From a virus (lineage: Duplodnaviria; Caudoviricetes): a DNA stretch of 64,000 nt. A program made the translations under genes and the position numbers. The stretch spans positions 1,727 to 65,726 of the IMG/VR virus record IMGVR_UViG_3300020185_001680; one strand, 5' to 3'. Positions 37,730-46,945 of the stretch are shown one piece after another (the first letter of the stretch is position 1; the number at the start of each line of letters is the position of its first letter). The notes beneath the pieces are model-generated. The model did no database searches, was not told the origin of the DNA, and saw only the letters and a program-made list of their open reading frames with translations.

Positions 37730-38301
37730 TGTCCCTCAAACTCGATCAATGTGTTTACTCTATACCCATGCTCTTCTATTATAGCACTTCCTCTAAGTGT
37801 GGGCAAGTCTATTAGTGCTAATATTTGAATATTTTCTTTGGGTACTCCAAAATGTGTATGTACAATATCTGCACAGGCTATTGCTGTACCACCTGTAGCA
37901 ATCAAATCGTCCATTATTACAACTTTATCAGCTGGAACAATATCTGTATTGCATTGTATATTCAAACATGCAGTACCGTACTCTAATTCATACTCTTTCC
38001 TGTATACGTTGCCTGGTAACTTGCCAGGCTTACGAGCCATTATAAAAGGTACGCTCAAGTCTCTAGCCACTGGGGCACCAAAAACAAACCCTCTACTTTC
38101 AATGCCAATAACTTGAGTAGCACCAAAGCTCATTGAAAGCGAAGTTAAATCCATTAACGACTTATTAAATGACTTTGGATTTTCCAATAGACTAGATATG
38201 TCTCTAAATTCAATACCTGCTTTTGGAAATCCGGATACTGTTCTAATGTGGTCTTTTAAATCTATATTATAACTACTCACTGTCGGAGAGCTCGTCATCA
38301 T
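37726..38301 (-). CDS. apt: Adenine phosphoribosyltransferase
   Basis: FPKAGIEFRDIS, GIESRGF, RKPGKLPG, YELEYG, VVIMDDLIATGGT. Confidence 0.95.
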   Translation of the reverse strand: MMTSSPTVSSYNIDLKDHIRTVSGFPKAGIEFRDISSLLENPKSFNKSLMDLTSLSMSFGATQVIGIESRGFVFGAPVARDLSVPFIMARKPGKLPGNVYRKEYELEYGTACLNIQCNTDIVPADKVVIMDDLIATGGTAIACADIVHTHFGVPKENIQILALIDLPTLRGSAIIEEHGYRVNTLIEFEGH

Positions 38302-39028
38302 AACATTCCCAATATTCGTTTTCTGCTAGATACTCATCAGTGTATTGTTCATCGTCGTCATGCCATTTCATATTCATGTACCCTACACTTGCATAGTATC
38401 CTTTACCGGTAGTATCACAGTTATCATAATCTTTGTCAACCAGTTCCTTGTCATACCACATGTCTTGAACTATTTCGGCTACCTGAGATTCAACAGTACT
38501 AAATGCTACTTTCTTAGGATTGAACTCTTCGCCGATTAGTTCAACAAACCAAGAACCAAAACCGCCTTTCTCACCACTGTGAAATTGTAGTACTGGCTTA
38601 TAATTGGTCATATCTTCTGGCTTCTTGTCATCCATGTATGCTTCTCTGCCGTACAAATGGTAAGGATCGAAATCAACTACATTTTCATAAGCATAATCAT
38701 CGCTACCGTCTGCAGGAACTTCTTCGTAAGTCCATTGGTCGTCAGCGTATGCTCCATTTAGATGTTCAATGTCATTTGTTTCTGTCCACGATTCAAAGTT
38801 TTCATATGGTTCCGGTATTGTCTCGTCCACTTCATCCCAGTCGAAACTGGTAACGAAATCTATTAAGTCGCCATCGCCCTCTTCTGGTTTTATGAAATGA
38901 TCTACAAAGTCTGCCTTAACTGTGCCAATTGTTACTTCGCCACCTCGGTATCCTGCTTCAATTCTAAAACGCCTTTTTATGCCTTTCAACTTTTCTGCCA
39001 TCTTATCAATATCTTTATCTAAACTCAT
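38273..39028 (-). CDS. Acidic hypothetical protein
   Basis: 251 aa, Asp/Glu/aromatic-rich; GGAGG RBS. Confidence 0.75.
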   Translation of the reverse strand: MSLDKDIDKMAEKLKGIKRRFRIEAGYRGGEVTIGTVKADFVDHFIKPEEGDGDLIDFVTSFDWDEVDETIPEPYENFESWTETNDIEHLNGAYADDQWTYEEVPADGSDDYAYENVVDFDPYHLYGREAYMDDKKPEDMTNYKPVLQFHSGEKGGFGSWFVELIGEEFNPKKVAFSTVESQVAEIVQDMWYDKELVDKDYDNCDTTGKGYYASVGYMNMKWHDDDEQYTDEYLAENEYWECYDDELSDSE

Positions 39029-39037
39029 AATATCCTC

Positions 39038-39541
39038 CTAGTCTAATAAATCGCCAATGTAAAGATCATTAGGTATCTTATTGGCTTCTTTTACAAAAAA
39101 TGCACACCTAGGATTTGGCTTGTTTTCTAGAGGTGCAACTAATAAATGCCCGTTCTTCAATTTAGGGAAGAACCATTTTACGTCTTGATAGATGTTTGTA
39201 ATTTTTATTTCTTGTGCTTCTAACATCTTTCTGCCTAAAGGATTCATTGTTGCTGTTAAGAATCCTCTATTGTTTAAACTAGTTAAAGGCACTACTTCAA
39301 TACCAGTCAAATCTTCATCTGTTATTACTATGCTCCAATCCATAGGCATCTGGATAGTGTTTTCGCCTATTTGTAAACATATTGCTGGAGCGTAAAAGCT
39401 CTCCAGAAAAATTAAAGGAAGGAAATAATAATCCATCCAGTCTGTTTCTGTTGTGTCAAATACACAGAAACGTATATCATCTATTTCGTCAGGTACATGG
39501 TCAATTTCATATACATCGTTCTCTACTGTTAATATTTTCAT
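39038..39541 (-). CDS. Hypothetical protein, possible degenerate Hint-fold domain
   Basis: 167 aa, beta-rich, ATGA-coupled to uvsW; fold guess weak. Confidence 0.6.
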   Translation of the reverse strand: MKILTVENDVYEIDHVPDEIDDIRFCVFDTTETDWMDYYFLPLIFLESFYAPAICLQIGENTIQMPMDWSIVITDEDLTGIEVVPLTSLNNRGFLTATMNPLGRKMLEAQEIKITNIYQDVKWFFPKLKNGHLLVAPLENKPNPRCAFFVKEANKIPNDLYIGDLLD

Positions 39542-40995
39542 TTATACTCCACTTTGGTCACTTGGAACGGAAATCCTTGTTCTTTATAAAACGCCTTACG
39601 GGCTGTCAAGTGTTTCTTACTATATTTTAAATTACTCGTAATGTCAACAACATTTAAATAGTCCTTGTCCTCTGCTTTACGAATGCCTCTACCTATGCTT
39701 TGTATAACACGCACATAACTTTTGCCTGGCTCTAAAAGAACTAAGTTAAAAATTCTGGGTATGTTAATACCTACTGCCGCTACTCCATATGTAGCAACAA
39801 TAACTTTATTATCCATTTCACTAACTTCTCTGTATTCCTTTTGCCTGTCAGATACTTTCATCTCCCCGCTAATAAATACCCACTCCGGAAACATTTCGGA
39901 TAATAGTTGCCCTGTGGCAAGTCTGTCAATCAAAACTAATGTGTTTCCGCCTGTGCTGAGACCAGTAATAACTTTACTAATCTCGGTAATTCTGTCTTTG
40001 TCAGTTACAAGCCATTTAAGTTCTTGTGCATAATTATTAAATCCTAGCACACCGTCTTGCATTTGCAGTATGTTAATATCTAATTTTGCTAACACACCTT
40101 TGTCTTGTAATTCTTTACTGCTTAAATTTCCAATCACAGGGCCTAAACTACAAACACAACCAACTGCTTCGTATTCGTCTTTGGGTATAGTTCCTGTAAG
40201 TCCCCATCGAACGGGAACATTCCTAAATGCCCCGCTCAACAAGTTACGGAGTACATCTGCTTTCGCTTTATGTACTTCGTCTACCATAATGCAAACCACG
40301 TCCTCTAGAAATGTATCTATAGGGAAGTCTGCTTCGTACTTCTTACTTTTCTTTTCCATTATACTTAGGCTCTGCCAAGTACAAATTGTGTGCGTTTTGT
40401 CGTACTCTTTACGGTCTCCAAATAGTACACCAACATCAAGTCCTAAGTTTTTGTAGTCACGTTCTGTTTGTACTACTAAGTCTTTGTTTGGAACAATAAC
40501 TATAGTACGCCCATATGGTTCACACATATTGCTTAAGGCGGCTGTTATGAGAGTCTTACCTGCTCCTGTCGCCACTTCTTGAATACTCTGTGGATGTTTT
40601 AAAAAGTTATTAATAACTTCTACTTGATAGTCTCGCAATATAATTGGTTCACCTTCTGCTGGATGACCTTTGGGCCAAGCAACATTGTCGAATCTAGTCT
40701 GTGTGATCTCTGGGAAATCAAATGACCAAACGTCTCTGTTGTCTTGGACCTCAATGTCGTATCCTGCTTGTTGAACAATCGGAAGCAATCTATCGAGTAG
40801 GTTCATATATGTCCTACCGCCTACGTCACAATACCTTACACAACCATCCCACCGACCTAACTTGTAAGCCGGCATATGATATGCATATGGTAAAAAGTAT
40901 TTTACAGCGTCTGATACGTTACGTCTAGTTTTAACATCAAGTCCAACGAACTTGACATTTACTTCATCACGTATTTCTAGAACACATTTTCCCAT
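39538..40995 (-). CDS. uvsW: SF2 DNA helicase UvsW
   Basis: LRDYQ, ATGAGKT, VDEVH, GLTGT, GINIP, QSIGRGIR. Confidence 0.92.
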   Translation of the reverse strand: MGKCVLEIRDEVNVKFVGLDVKTRRNVSDAVKYFLPYAYHMPAYKLGRWDGCVRYCDVGGRTYMNLLDRLLPIVQQAGYDIEVQDNRDVWSFDFPEITQTRFDNVAWPKGHPAEGEPIILRDYQVEVINNFLKHPQSIQEVATGAGKTLITAALSNMCEPYGRTIVIVPNKDLVVQTERDYKNLGLDVGVLFGDRKEYDKTHTICTWQSLSIMEKKSKKYEADFPIDTFLEDVVCIMVDEVHKAKADVLRNLLSGAFRNVPVRWGLTGTIPKDEYEAVGCVCSLGPVIGNLSSKELQDKGVLAKLDINILQMQDGVLGFNNYAQELKWLVTDKDRITEISKVITGLSTGGNTLVLIDRLATGQLLSEMFPEWVFISGEMKVSDRQKEYREVSEMDNKVIVATYGVAAVGINIPRIFNLVLLEPGKSYVRVIQSIGRGIRKAEDKDYLNVVDITSNLKYSKKHLTARKAFYKEQGFPFQVTKVEYK

Positions 40996-41019
40996 TTAAA
41001 CCTCTATTTGCTTTTATGT

Positions 41020-41049
41020 ATTATACTACCAGTTGTAGCCTAATGTCAA
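41020..41049 (-). promoter_or_regulatory. Sigma70-type promoter for the uvsW operon, overlapping the end of the TonB-receptor gene
   Basis: TTGACA-18 nt-TATAAT. Confidence 0.65.
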
Positions 41050-42672
41050 GTAAATTTCTCTTCCTTGGTTATCATAAAATGGAACAACCTCAACTACATC
41101 GTCAAATGCGTTCTCAACCTTTAAAGATAATGTTACTTTTTCATTGATGTATCTAGTGTAGTACAAGTTCATCTTTTTCAAGTCCTCTAAAAACTCGCTG
41201 TCAATTATATCATATTGACTAGGTGCCCTGTCTAAGTTAACTGCATACTTCACTTGATATTCGTTCTTGCCGTAACGTTGTTTCCAACTAATCATAGCAC
41301 CATACTTGGCAACTCTAGGTTGCTCTGTGTCTGTATACTTTAGCATAACACTTACTGCACCAAAGTTCTGCATGTATCTAAAACCCTGTGTAATGAAGTC
41401 TCCTGCGTTGTAGTACTGCGGATTAACATACACATCACCTAACATAAAGCCGGATTGATAATCAATAGTTTCTGAAAACTCGTATCTAAATAGACCAAGT
41501 GTTCCGAACCCAATCTCATACCCAATGCCTTCTTCTGGTTTTAAAGTTTCGTTACCTAATACAAAATCGTCACCGAACTTTTCATACAGTGTAGGCTTTC
41601 TAAAACTGTTTCCAATATTTAAAAAGAACTGTCCTTTTGTCATACCAAAACGTAATGCATTCTGATCATCGTTACCAACTCTAATACCAAAGTTATAATC
41701 GAATACTGCCGATGCATTAACACTAACGAACGCTCCGTAGTTGTCATCTTCGTATGTGTTCGAGCCTGATGTTGATTCAGTTGCATAATGTAATGCTTCT
41801 GCGTCTACACCAAAGTCAATAGACACCATTGAACTTAGGTCTTTATGCTCTGCTATTCTCAAGAAGTTTCTATAACTCTCATTACTGTAAGTTTGAATAC
41901 CATCTGTGGAATACTTGCTGTCAGTGAATGACCTGCCTATAGTAATGTTATCATTTCTAACACTAAGATTATAACGGTCACCTACATCCACACAATCGTT
42001 TGATTGTGAAAAGTCAGCAGTGTAGCAGTTGTCGTAATCATATTCGTACTCAACAAACTTACCTGCGAATGTCCAATCGCCTGCATCAACGGATACTTTT
42101 ACTTGTTGTAAGTCATAAGAATCCTCCTCAGTGTTGTCATTTCTAACACTAGGCATATCGGATCTAAACTTAGTATACTCAAAATTATCGGTTGGTGCTA
42201 TTCTTAAATAAGAAGGGTCAGATCCTTCAAATCTAATAGTGCTACCAGAATCGATAACGTCTTTGATTAACACTGTTCCTGCAATACTGCCTGAACCATA
42301 TAGTACACCATTTGCACCTGTGATTACTTTTACGCTCTCACCTGATACAATGTCGTGTCCAAAGTTATACCATCCTGATCCGGGCTCATTGGCTGGTATA
42401 CCGTTAGTGTATACTGTGGTGTGTACTGTTTGAGCACCACGCTCGTTATAGCCTATAAATCCACCATAACCACCTGGGTTATAAGTGAAAGCAGGCATAA
42501 TTGCACTAATCAATCTAGTACTTGTAATTGGAGTCGTCTCCATTAATTGTACTTGTTGGGCAACTACTATTACCTCTTCTATCTCATCTGCTTCTACTGT
42601 AGCAGGCGTCATAAATGCTATTGTTAATAACAGTGCGCCGCCTGTACTGTAAAATGTATTTTTAAGTTTCAT
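41026..42672 (-). CDS. TonB-dependent outer-membrane receptor (compact, BtuB-like)
   Basis: Sec signal peptide, TonB box IEEVIVVA, plug motif GANGVLYGSGSIAGTV, FRKPTLYE, LKPEEG, VENAFD, C-terminal GREIYLTLGYNW. Confidence 0.9.
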   Translation of the reverse strand: MKLKNTFYSTGGALLLTIAFMTPATVEADEIEEVIVVAQQVQLMETTPITSTRLISAIMPAFTYNPGGYGGFIGYNERGAQTVHTTVYTNGIPANEPGSGWYNFGHDIVSGESVKVITGANGVLYGSGSIAGTVLIKDVIDSGSTIRFEGSDPSYLRIAPTDNFEYTKFRSDMPSVRNDNTEEDSYDLQQVKVSVDAGDWTFAGKFVEYEYDYDNCYTADFSQSNDCVDVGDRYNLSVRNDNITIGRSFTDSKYSTDGIQTYSNESYRNFLRIAEHKDLSSMVSIDFGVDAEALHYATESTSGSNTYEDDNYGAFVSVNASAVFDYNFGIRVGNDDQNALRFGMTKGQFFLNIGNSFRKPTLYEKFGDDFVLGNETLKPEEGIGYEIGFGTLGLFRYEFSETIDYQSGFMLGDVYVNPQYYNAGDFITQGFRYMQNFGAVSVMLKYTDTEQPRVAKYGAMISWKQRYGKNEYQVKYAVNLDRAPSQYDIIDSEFLEDLKKMNLYYTRYINEKVTLSLKVENAFDDVVEVVPFYDNQGREIYLTLGYNW

Positions 42673-42698
42673 AAACTCTCCTTATTATTATACAACTA

Positions 42699-42726
42699 AT
42701 TATACGCATCAGTGGCACAAAGTCAA
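42699..42726 (-). promoter_or_regulatory. Sigma70-type promoter of the TonB-receptor gene
   Basis: TTGACT-16 nt-TATAAT followed by AAGGAGAG RBS. Confidence 0.7.
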
Positions 42727-42738
42727 GTGTTTTCTTAA

Positions 42739-42811
42739 TAAAAGGTGAAGCCCGGAGGGGATCCGGGCTTCGTGGTGCTCTGTTGGGGGGATGACTAACG
42801 TTTGAGCACCA
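42739..42811 (-). terminator. Two-hairpin structured 3'-UTR element ending in an intrinsic terminator
   Basis: Minus strand: TGGTGCTC...GAGCACCA hairpin, then GAAGCCCGGA-TCCCC-TCCGGGCTTC-ACCTTTT. Confidence 0.75.
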
Positions 42812-42837
42812 GGGAAACGATAGCAATGTTACTTATT

Positions 42838-43872
42838 TTAAATATGCCCCTTCATACAAGTAGTTCTGGCTAGTGCCTGCCAATTTGCAGGGTCCATTTT
42901 TCTCAAGTCTGAGATTTTAAGAACCATTCGCAAACTAATCTCTCTAAGGATTGCGGCATTGTCTAGCATAAAGTTAATAATTTCTTTATCACCTTCTTCA
43001 CCAAACTTGTATTCTTCAAGCATACCATCACGAACAATTTGCTTGATCCTAATGAACTTATCTGAGATGCTGTTCATTGTAAGATCCAAGTAGTGACATC
43101 TTGACATAAGAGCCGCTAAGTGATCCTTAATCTTCTTAGAACGAACGTTTTCAAAGTCAACGTTAGTAATAAAGATACAACCACCTTTGAACTCAAACCT
43201 ATCTGGAATGCCTTCCCTACGCAATGCGTTGGACTCTGACTTCCAAGTGATGTAACGCTTCTTACCTGAATCCAATGTAGCCTTCAGCATGTTCAAACAT
43301 ACTTCGTCAAACAATACACTGTCACAGTCATCAAATACAAGTATGTTACCTGCCGCACTATTGTTATATAGTGTTTGGAATAAACCAATTGGCGTAACAG
43401 AACCTTTAACAACTTCAGTCCTTGCAGGCTTACCAGCAACTTCTGTAAGCATATCGTAATCTTCCAATACAGTTTCTACACCAAAAGACTTACCAACACC
43501 TGGAGGACCACTAACAATCATACCACGTACTGTGCCTTCTGCTACAGCATGAGTCATACGATCCAAGATATCAAAACGTTCTTTAATACGTTCGATTGCT
43601 TGTTCTTCGTTTTCTTCCTCTTTAGGAGTGTTGTCGATTTTAGGCTGTTCAGCATAAACACTTGGAGTAACATATTCTAAATCCTGTGTAGGATCTTCTA
43701 TAAGTACTCTAATGCTTGAAAACTTCTCGCCCATTGCTTCACTACCGTCCACTGTAATAAAGGCACCTTTTTTGCCTATGTTAAGTGGCTTGATGATTGG
43801 AAATACTGTATCAACGATATCGTTTTTACGGTATGTACCAGTCTTGATTTTTACATAATTTTGTTTTGTCAT
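42838..43872 (-). CDS. P-loop/AAA+ ATPase
   Basis: Walker A GPPGVGKS, Walker B LVFDDCD, IFITN sensor, ALMSR arginine finger. Confidence 0.85.
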   Translation of the reverse strand: MTKQNYVKIKTGTYRKNDIVDTVFPIIKPLNIGKKGAFITVDGSEAMGEKFSSIRVLIEDPTQDLEYVTPSVYAEQPKIDNTPKEEENEEQAIERIKERFDILDRMTHAVAEGTVRGMIVSGPPGVGKSFGVETVLEDYDMLTEVAGKPARTEVVKGSVTPIGLFQTLYNNSAAGNILVFDDCDSVLFDEVCLNMLKATLDSGKKRYITWKSESNALRREGIPDRFEFKGGCIFITNVDFENVRSKKIKDHLAALMSRCHYLDLTMNSISDKFIRIKQIVRDGMLEEYKFGEEGDKEIINFMLDNAAILREISLRMVLKISDLRKMDPANWQALARTTCMKGHI

Positions 43873-43930
43873 ATTGTCATCCCCGACATAATGATTAATG
43901 TTAATAAGCCCTTCTTACTAACTTGTGTAT

Positions 43931-44056
43931 ATTATACTAAATTCCAGTGTCCATGTCAACCTTTTTACCAGTTTTATTGAACTTTTTTCCTGTCCTTTAT
44001 TGTTTAATATGTATATATTATACAGTCGTATGCCCCCGAAGTCAACCTTTTTACCA
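43931..44056 (-). promoter_or_regulatory. Tandem near-consensus sigma70 promoters with shared upstream element
   Basis: TGGTAAAAAGG-TTGACT-17-TATAAT (44017-44056) and TGGTAAAAAGG-TTGACA-17-TATAAT (43931-43970). Confidence 0.85.
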
Positions 44057-44070
44057 TTCTTTTTGGTAAA

Positions 44071-44619
44071 TTATTGAGAAATATTGAGGTGTTTGTACGC
44101 TTTTTGTACTGCTTTCGCTTGATTATAAGCATCAGCGAGTGCTGAATGCAGGTCTTTTTGGGTGCCGGAATCGTCTTTACGCATGTCTCTAGGCACTAAT
44201 TGCCCTAATGTTCTGCTATCCGCTTCTTGCCAATATGCCCAATTCTTGTGCTGTTTAAAACTGTTCTCTATTAGGTCTTCAAGGATGCCGTAATCAAACC
44301 GCGATCCTTGAGCCCATTTAAGTTCAGTTCCAACTAGCCACTTGTTAAGGTCTGCAATGAAAGTCATAACAGGCGTCCTGTTCTCATCTGAAAACGCTTC
44401 GTCCTGTATTGCTTTATCTTGTTGTCCCCACCATTCAATAGTATTAGGATCAATTACTCTGCCAGCGGCAGTTTGTTCATCAATGTCTAATCTTACACTA
44501 AATGGGGTATGTGGTTCTTCGCTAGTGTACGGGTCGAACTTTACACCGCCAATAGTTAAAACCACAGCATCAGGTTTAGTACCCAATGTTTCAATGTCAA
44601 TCATTGCATGTGTTGTCAT
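44071..44619 (-). CDS. DEDDh 3'-5' exonuclease (DexA/RNase T-like)
   Basis: MIDIETLG, WAQGSRFD, DSRTL, HSALADA. Confidence 0.88.
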   Translation of the reverse strand: MTTHAMIDIETLGTKPDAVVLTIGGVKFDPYTSEEPHTPFSVRLDIDEQTAAGRVIDPNTIEWWGQQDKAIQDEAFSDENRTPVMTFIADLNKWLVGTELKWAQGSRFDYGILEDLIENSFKQHKNWAYWQEADSRTLGQLVPRDMRKDDSGTQKDLHSALADAYNQAKAVQKAYKHLNISQ

Positions 44620-44801
44620 TACTTATATTGTCCAAATAATTTATCAAAAATTTCTTCTGCTTCATCGGGCGTTAGTAACGCTTCATTGTAAGCAGAACGC
44701 TCTTCGTGATTCTTAAGACGCCATTCAGTGAAGTTCTCATTGTATGGTTTCTGTGGATCATAAGTAAACGTATAGCCATCGTCAAATGTTTGAATAGTCA
44801 T
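44619..44801 (-). CDS. Small hypothetical protein
   Basis: 60 aa, AGGAG RBS, promoter TTGACA-18-TATACT at 44829-44858. Confidence 0.7.
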   Translation of the reverse strand: MTIQTFDDGYTFTYDPQKPYNENFTEWRLKNHEERSAYNEALLTPDEAEEIFDKLFGQYK

Positions 44802-44854
44802 ATCATACTCCTAATTTATGTACTGCATAGTATAGCACTAAAAGATACGGTGTG

Positions 44855-45250
44855 TCAACCGATTTCGAAATATTTTTTGCACATATCCTCTTCGATGCCA
44901 AATGCTTCTTTTTCCCACGGTAGTTCGATATAAGGTAAATGCCGAGTTTCAGCATAGTCATATTGATTGTTTATCAGTTGCTTTGCATGTATTAGTTCAT
45001 GCGTAAGATGTAGCAATATATCATCGCGAGTAAATGTAGTATCATAACTGTGTCTTGCCAAATCTATGTGTATTAGTTCTGAATCGCCCCAACAATATCC
45101 TGCCATTTGTTGGTCTAAATGATGTAACAAGTTAATGTCTATATCTACATCGTGTTCAGCATCAGGACATAATTCATTTAGCATAAGCATACATGCTTCT
45201 ACAATATCACTCTTATGTTTAATCCTTCCAGTAAAGTATATATAAATCAC
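44855..45250 (-). CDS. Zincin-like metallopeptidase domain protein
   Basis: LTHELIHAKQ...PYIELPWEKEAF. Confidence 0.75.
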   Translation of the reverse strand: MIYIYFTGRIKHKSDIVEACMLMLNELCPDAEHDVDIDINLLHHLDQQMAGYCWGDSELIHIDLARHSYDTTFTRDDILLHLTHELIHAKQLINNQYDYAETRHLPYIELPWEKEAFGIEEDMCKKYFEIG

Positions 45251-46245
45251 ACACTTATCTCAACAAGTTGCTTAAATTCATTGCTTTGCAGATGCAAAAA
45301 GTTATTCTTGCGCCTGAGTGCTGTATGATGGTATATATCGATTATGTTATCATTTAATCGACCTATTTCGCTAACACAGGAATTAACACGTTTTACCAAG
45401 TCAATCTCTTCATCATAAGAATGATCTATTAAGTCTCTAAAAACATCAAACCCAAACTGCTCTAGTTTCTTAATAGAACCTGGAGCATTTATTGATAAAA
45501 ACAACTGCCCTGAATATATAGGCTTCCATGTTTTCTCTGAAAAGAACAAACGTACACACGAACTTTCAGTTATAACATGCAATGCTGTTTCATTATATGC
45601 TGGGCTACTCACAGTGTGGTCATTAACATATGATGAGCTTTGTCTTCCAATATCGTCTATTGTAATTGGACATTTATGCTGTATCTTCTGCATAAAATAT
45701 TCGTACTCATCAGTATAGTTTATGAGATCCTGTTTCCAATATTCTGTCTGCAAGTGATTTCTAGAATGCTCTTGCTTATCCCAAAGAAAACTATGCAACA
45801 CAGAATCTTGTAAGTTATGCTGATAAATTTTATTCAGTGTGATCAGTCTGTGCATTTTAGGAACAGAGTTCAAACAAGAAAATTTATATGTTATAGGCTT
45901 TTCTTCAATCGGGTATACTAACTGACTATAGGGCAAATGGAAGTAAGAAGTGTAATACTGTTCGTTAGCGTCATCGCTAAGTACTACCACCTTTTTGTTT
46001 TTATGCTCATCAATAAATGATTGGACTTGCTGTTGAAATGATATGACATCGACCATTGGGTTATGACTTATGTCCAATATAATAGTGTCAAACCATTCAA
46101 GCTCGGGTAGTGTGCGGTGCATTAAACCATCGTTAACTATGACGTAATTGTCGTGTATACCTAATTTAGTAGACAACCACGGTATGAGGTATTGTCTACT
46201 AGTAGAGATATTGTAAACTTCAGTCAAATCAAGAATTTGTTTCAT
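45247..46245 (-). CDS. Glycosyltransferase-like protein (paralog 3)
   Basis: FSCLNSVPKMHR...VITES...FFSEKTWKPIYSGQLF...LEQFGFDVFRDLIDHSYD. Confidence 0.6.
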   Translation of the reverse strand: MKQILDLTEVYNISTSRQYLIPWLSTKLGIHDNYVIVNDGLMHRTLPELEWFDTIILDISHNPMVDVISFQQQVQSFIDEHKNKKVVVLSDDANEQYYTSYFHLPYSQLVYPIEEKPITYKFSCLNSVPKMHRLITLNKIYQHNLQDSVLHSFLWDKQEHSRNHLQTEYWKQDLINYTDEYEYFMQKIQHKCPITIDDIGRQSSSYVNDHTVSSPAYNETALHVITESSCVRLFFSEKTWKPIYSGQLFLSINAPGSIKKLEQFGFDVFRDLIDHSYDEEIDLVKRVNSCVSEIGRLNDNIIDIYHHTALRRKNNFLHLQSNEFKQLVEISV

Positions 46246-46246
46246 C

Positions 46247-46708
46247 TTAACTAATAACTATATCTTCCATGCCTGCTGTTCGCAGTCTTGTGATGTGACC
46301 TATTTGCCACTGTTTAGTATCTAAGCCTTTCATGATGCCAAGATACCTATTACGCAATAGGCTGTATTGATTCGTAAGGTGTGTTAGGTTGATAACACTA
46401 TCCTCACTATCAACAAACTTTTCAGCATCTCTGCTGGACAGTTGTCTATTGTATGCTTCTAAGTATTTGCGGAATGTTTTAGAACGTTCTCTACGAAGTT
46501 CTATATTTAAGTGTTCGAGAATTGCTTCAATCTCTTGTAGTTGATTGAAGCGATGCTCTGTGATGCCAGGAAGAGAAGCACTAGATTTCTCTAGGCTTCC
46601 CTTTATACCGCATTCGTATTTGGCGTCTTCTAGCTCGTTTTCAAAATAGTCGATTGAATCAACAATTTTGCCTAAGTCTGCTACTACTGAATTATACCAA
46701 CCTGCCAT
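46247..46708 (-). CDS. uvsY: Recombination mediator UvsY-like
   Basis: Helical 153 aa, LSSRDAEKFVD...LGIMKGLDTKQWQIGHITRLRTAG; downstream of uvsX. Confidence 0.75.
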   Translation of the reverse strand: MAGWYNSVVADLGKIVDSIDYFENELEDAKYECGIKGSLEKSSASLPGITEHRFNQLQEIEAILEHLNIELRRERSKTFRKYLEAYNRQLSSRDAEKFVDSEDSVINLTHLTNQYSLLRNRYLGIMKGLDTKQWQIGHITRLRTAGMEDIVIS

Positions 46709-46711
46709 TTT

Positions 46712-46945
46712 TTAACCCCAGTCGTCGTCTTCTGCGTCTTCATCATCACCGAAACCAAAGTGACCTACAACTGCTGTCTTCAAGACACCATCAAATGTAA
46801 TCACTTCATCTTCGATATTACCTAAGTCTGCTTCCTCATCGAAAACTCTCACTAGGTGCTCTGCCGCTTCAACACGATCCTTCTTTGGAACATAGTTCTT
46901 AATGCTATCCCATATACTTACTAATAATAAAATATCTGGATTCAT
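46712..46945 (-). CDS. Hypothetical protein
   Basis: 77 aa between uvsX and uvsY, acidic tail. Confidence 0.7.
   Translation of the reverse strand: MNPDILLLVSIWDSIKNYVPKKDRVEAAEHLVRVFDEEADLGNIEDEVITFDGVLKTAVVGHFGFGDDEDAEDDDWG

Noticed and set aside
42739-42830. Cobalamin riboswitch upstream of the BtuB-like receptor, or a tRNA
   Set aside because: Too short, no recognisable B12 box or cloverleaf on the coding strand, and the receptor's own promoter lies downstream of the structure.
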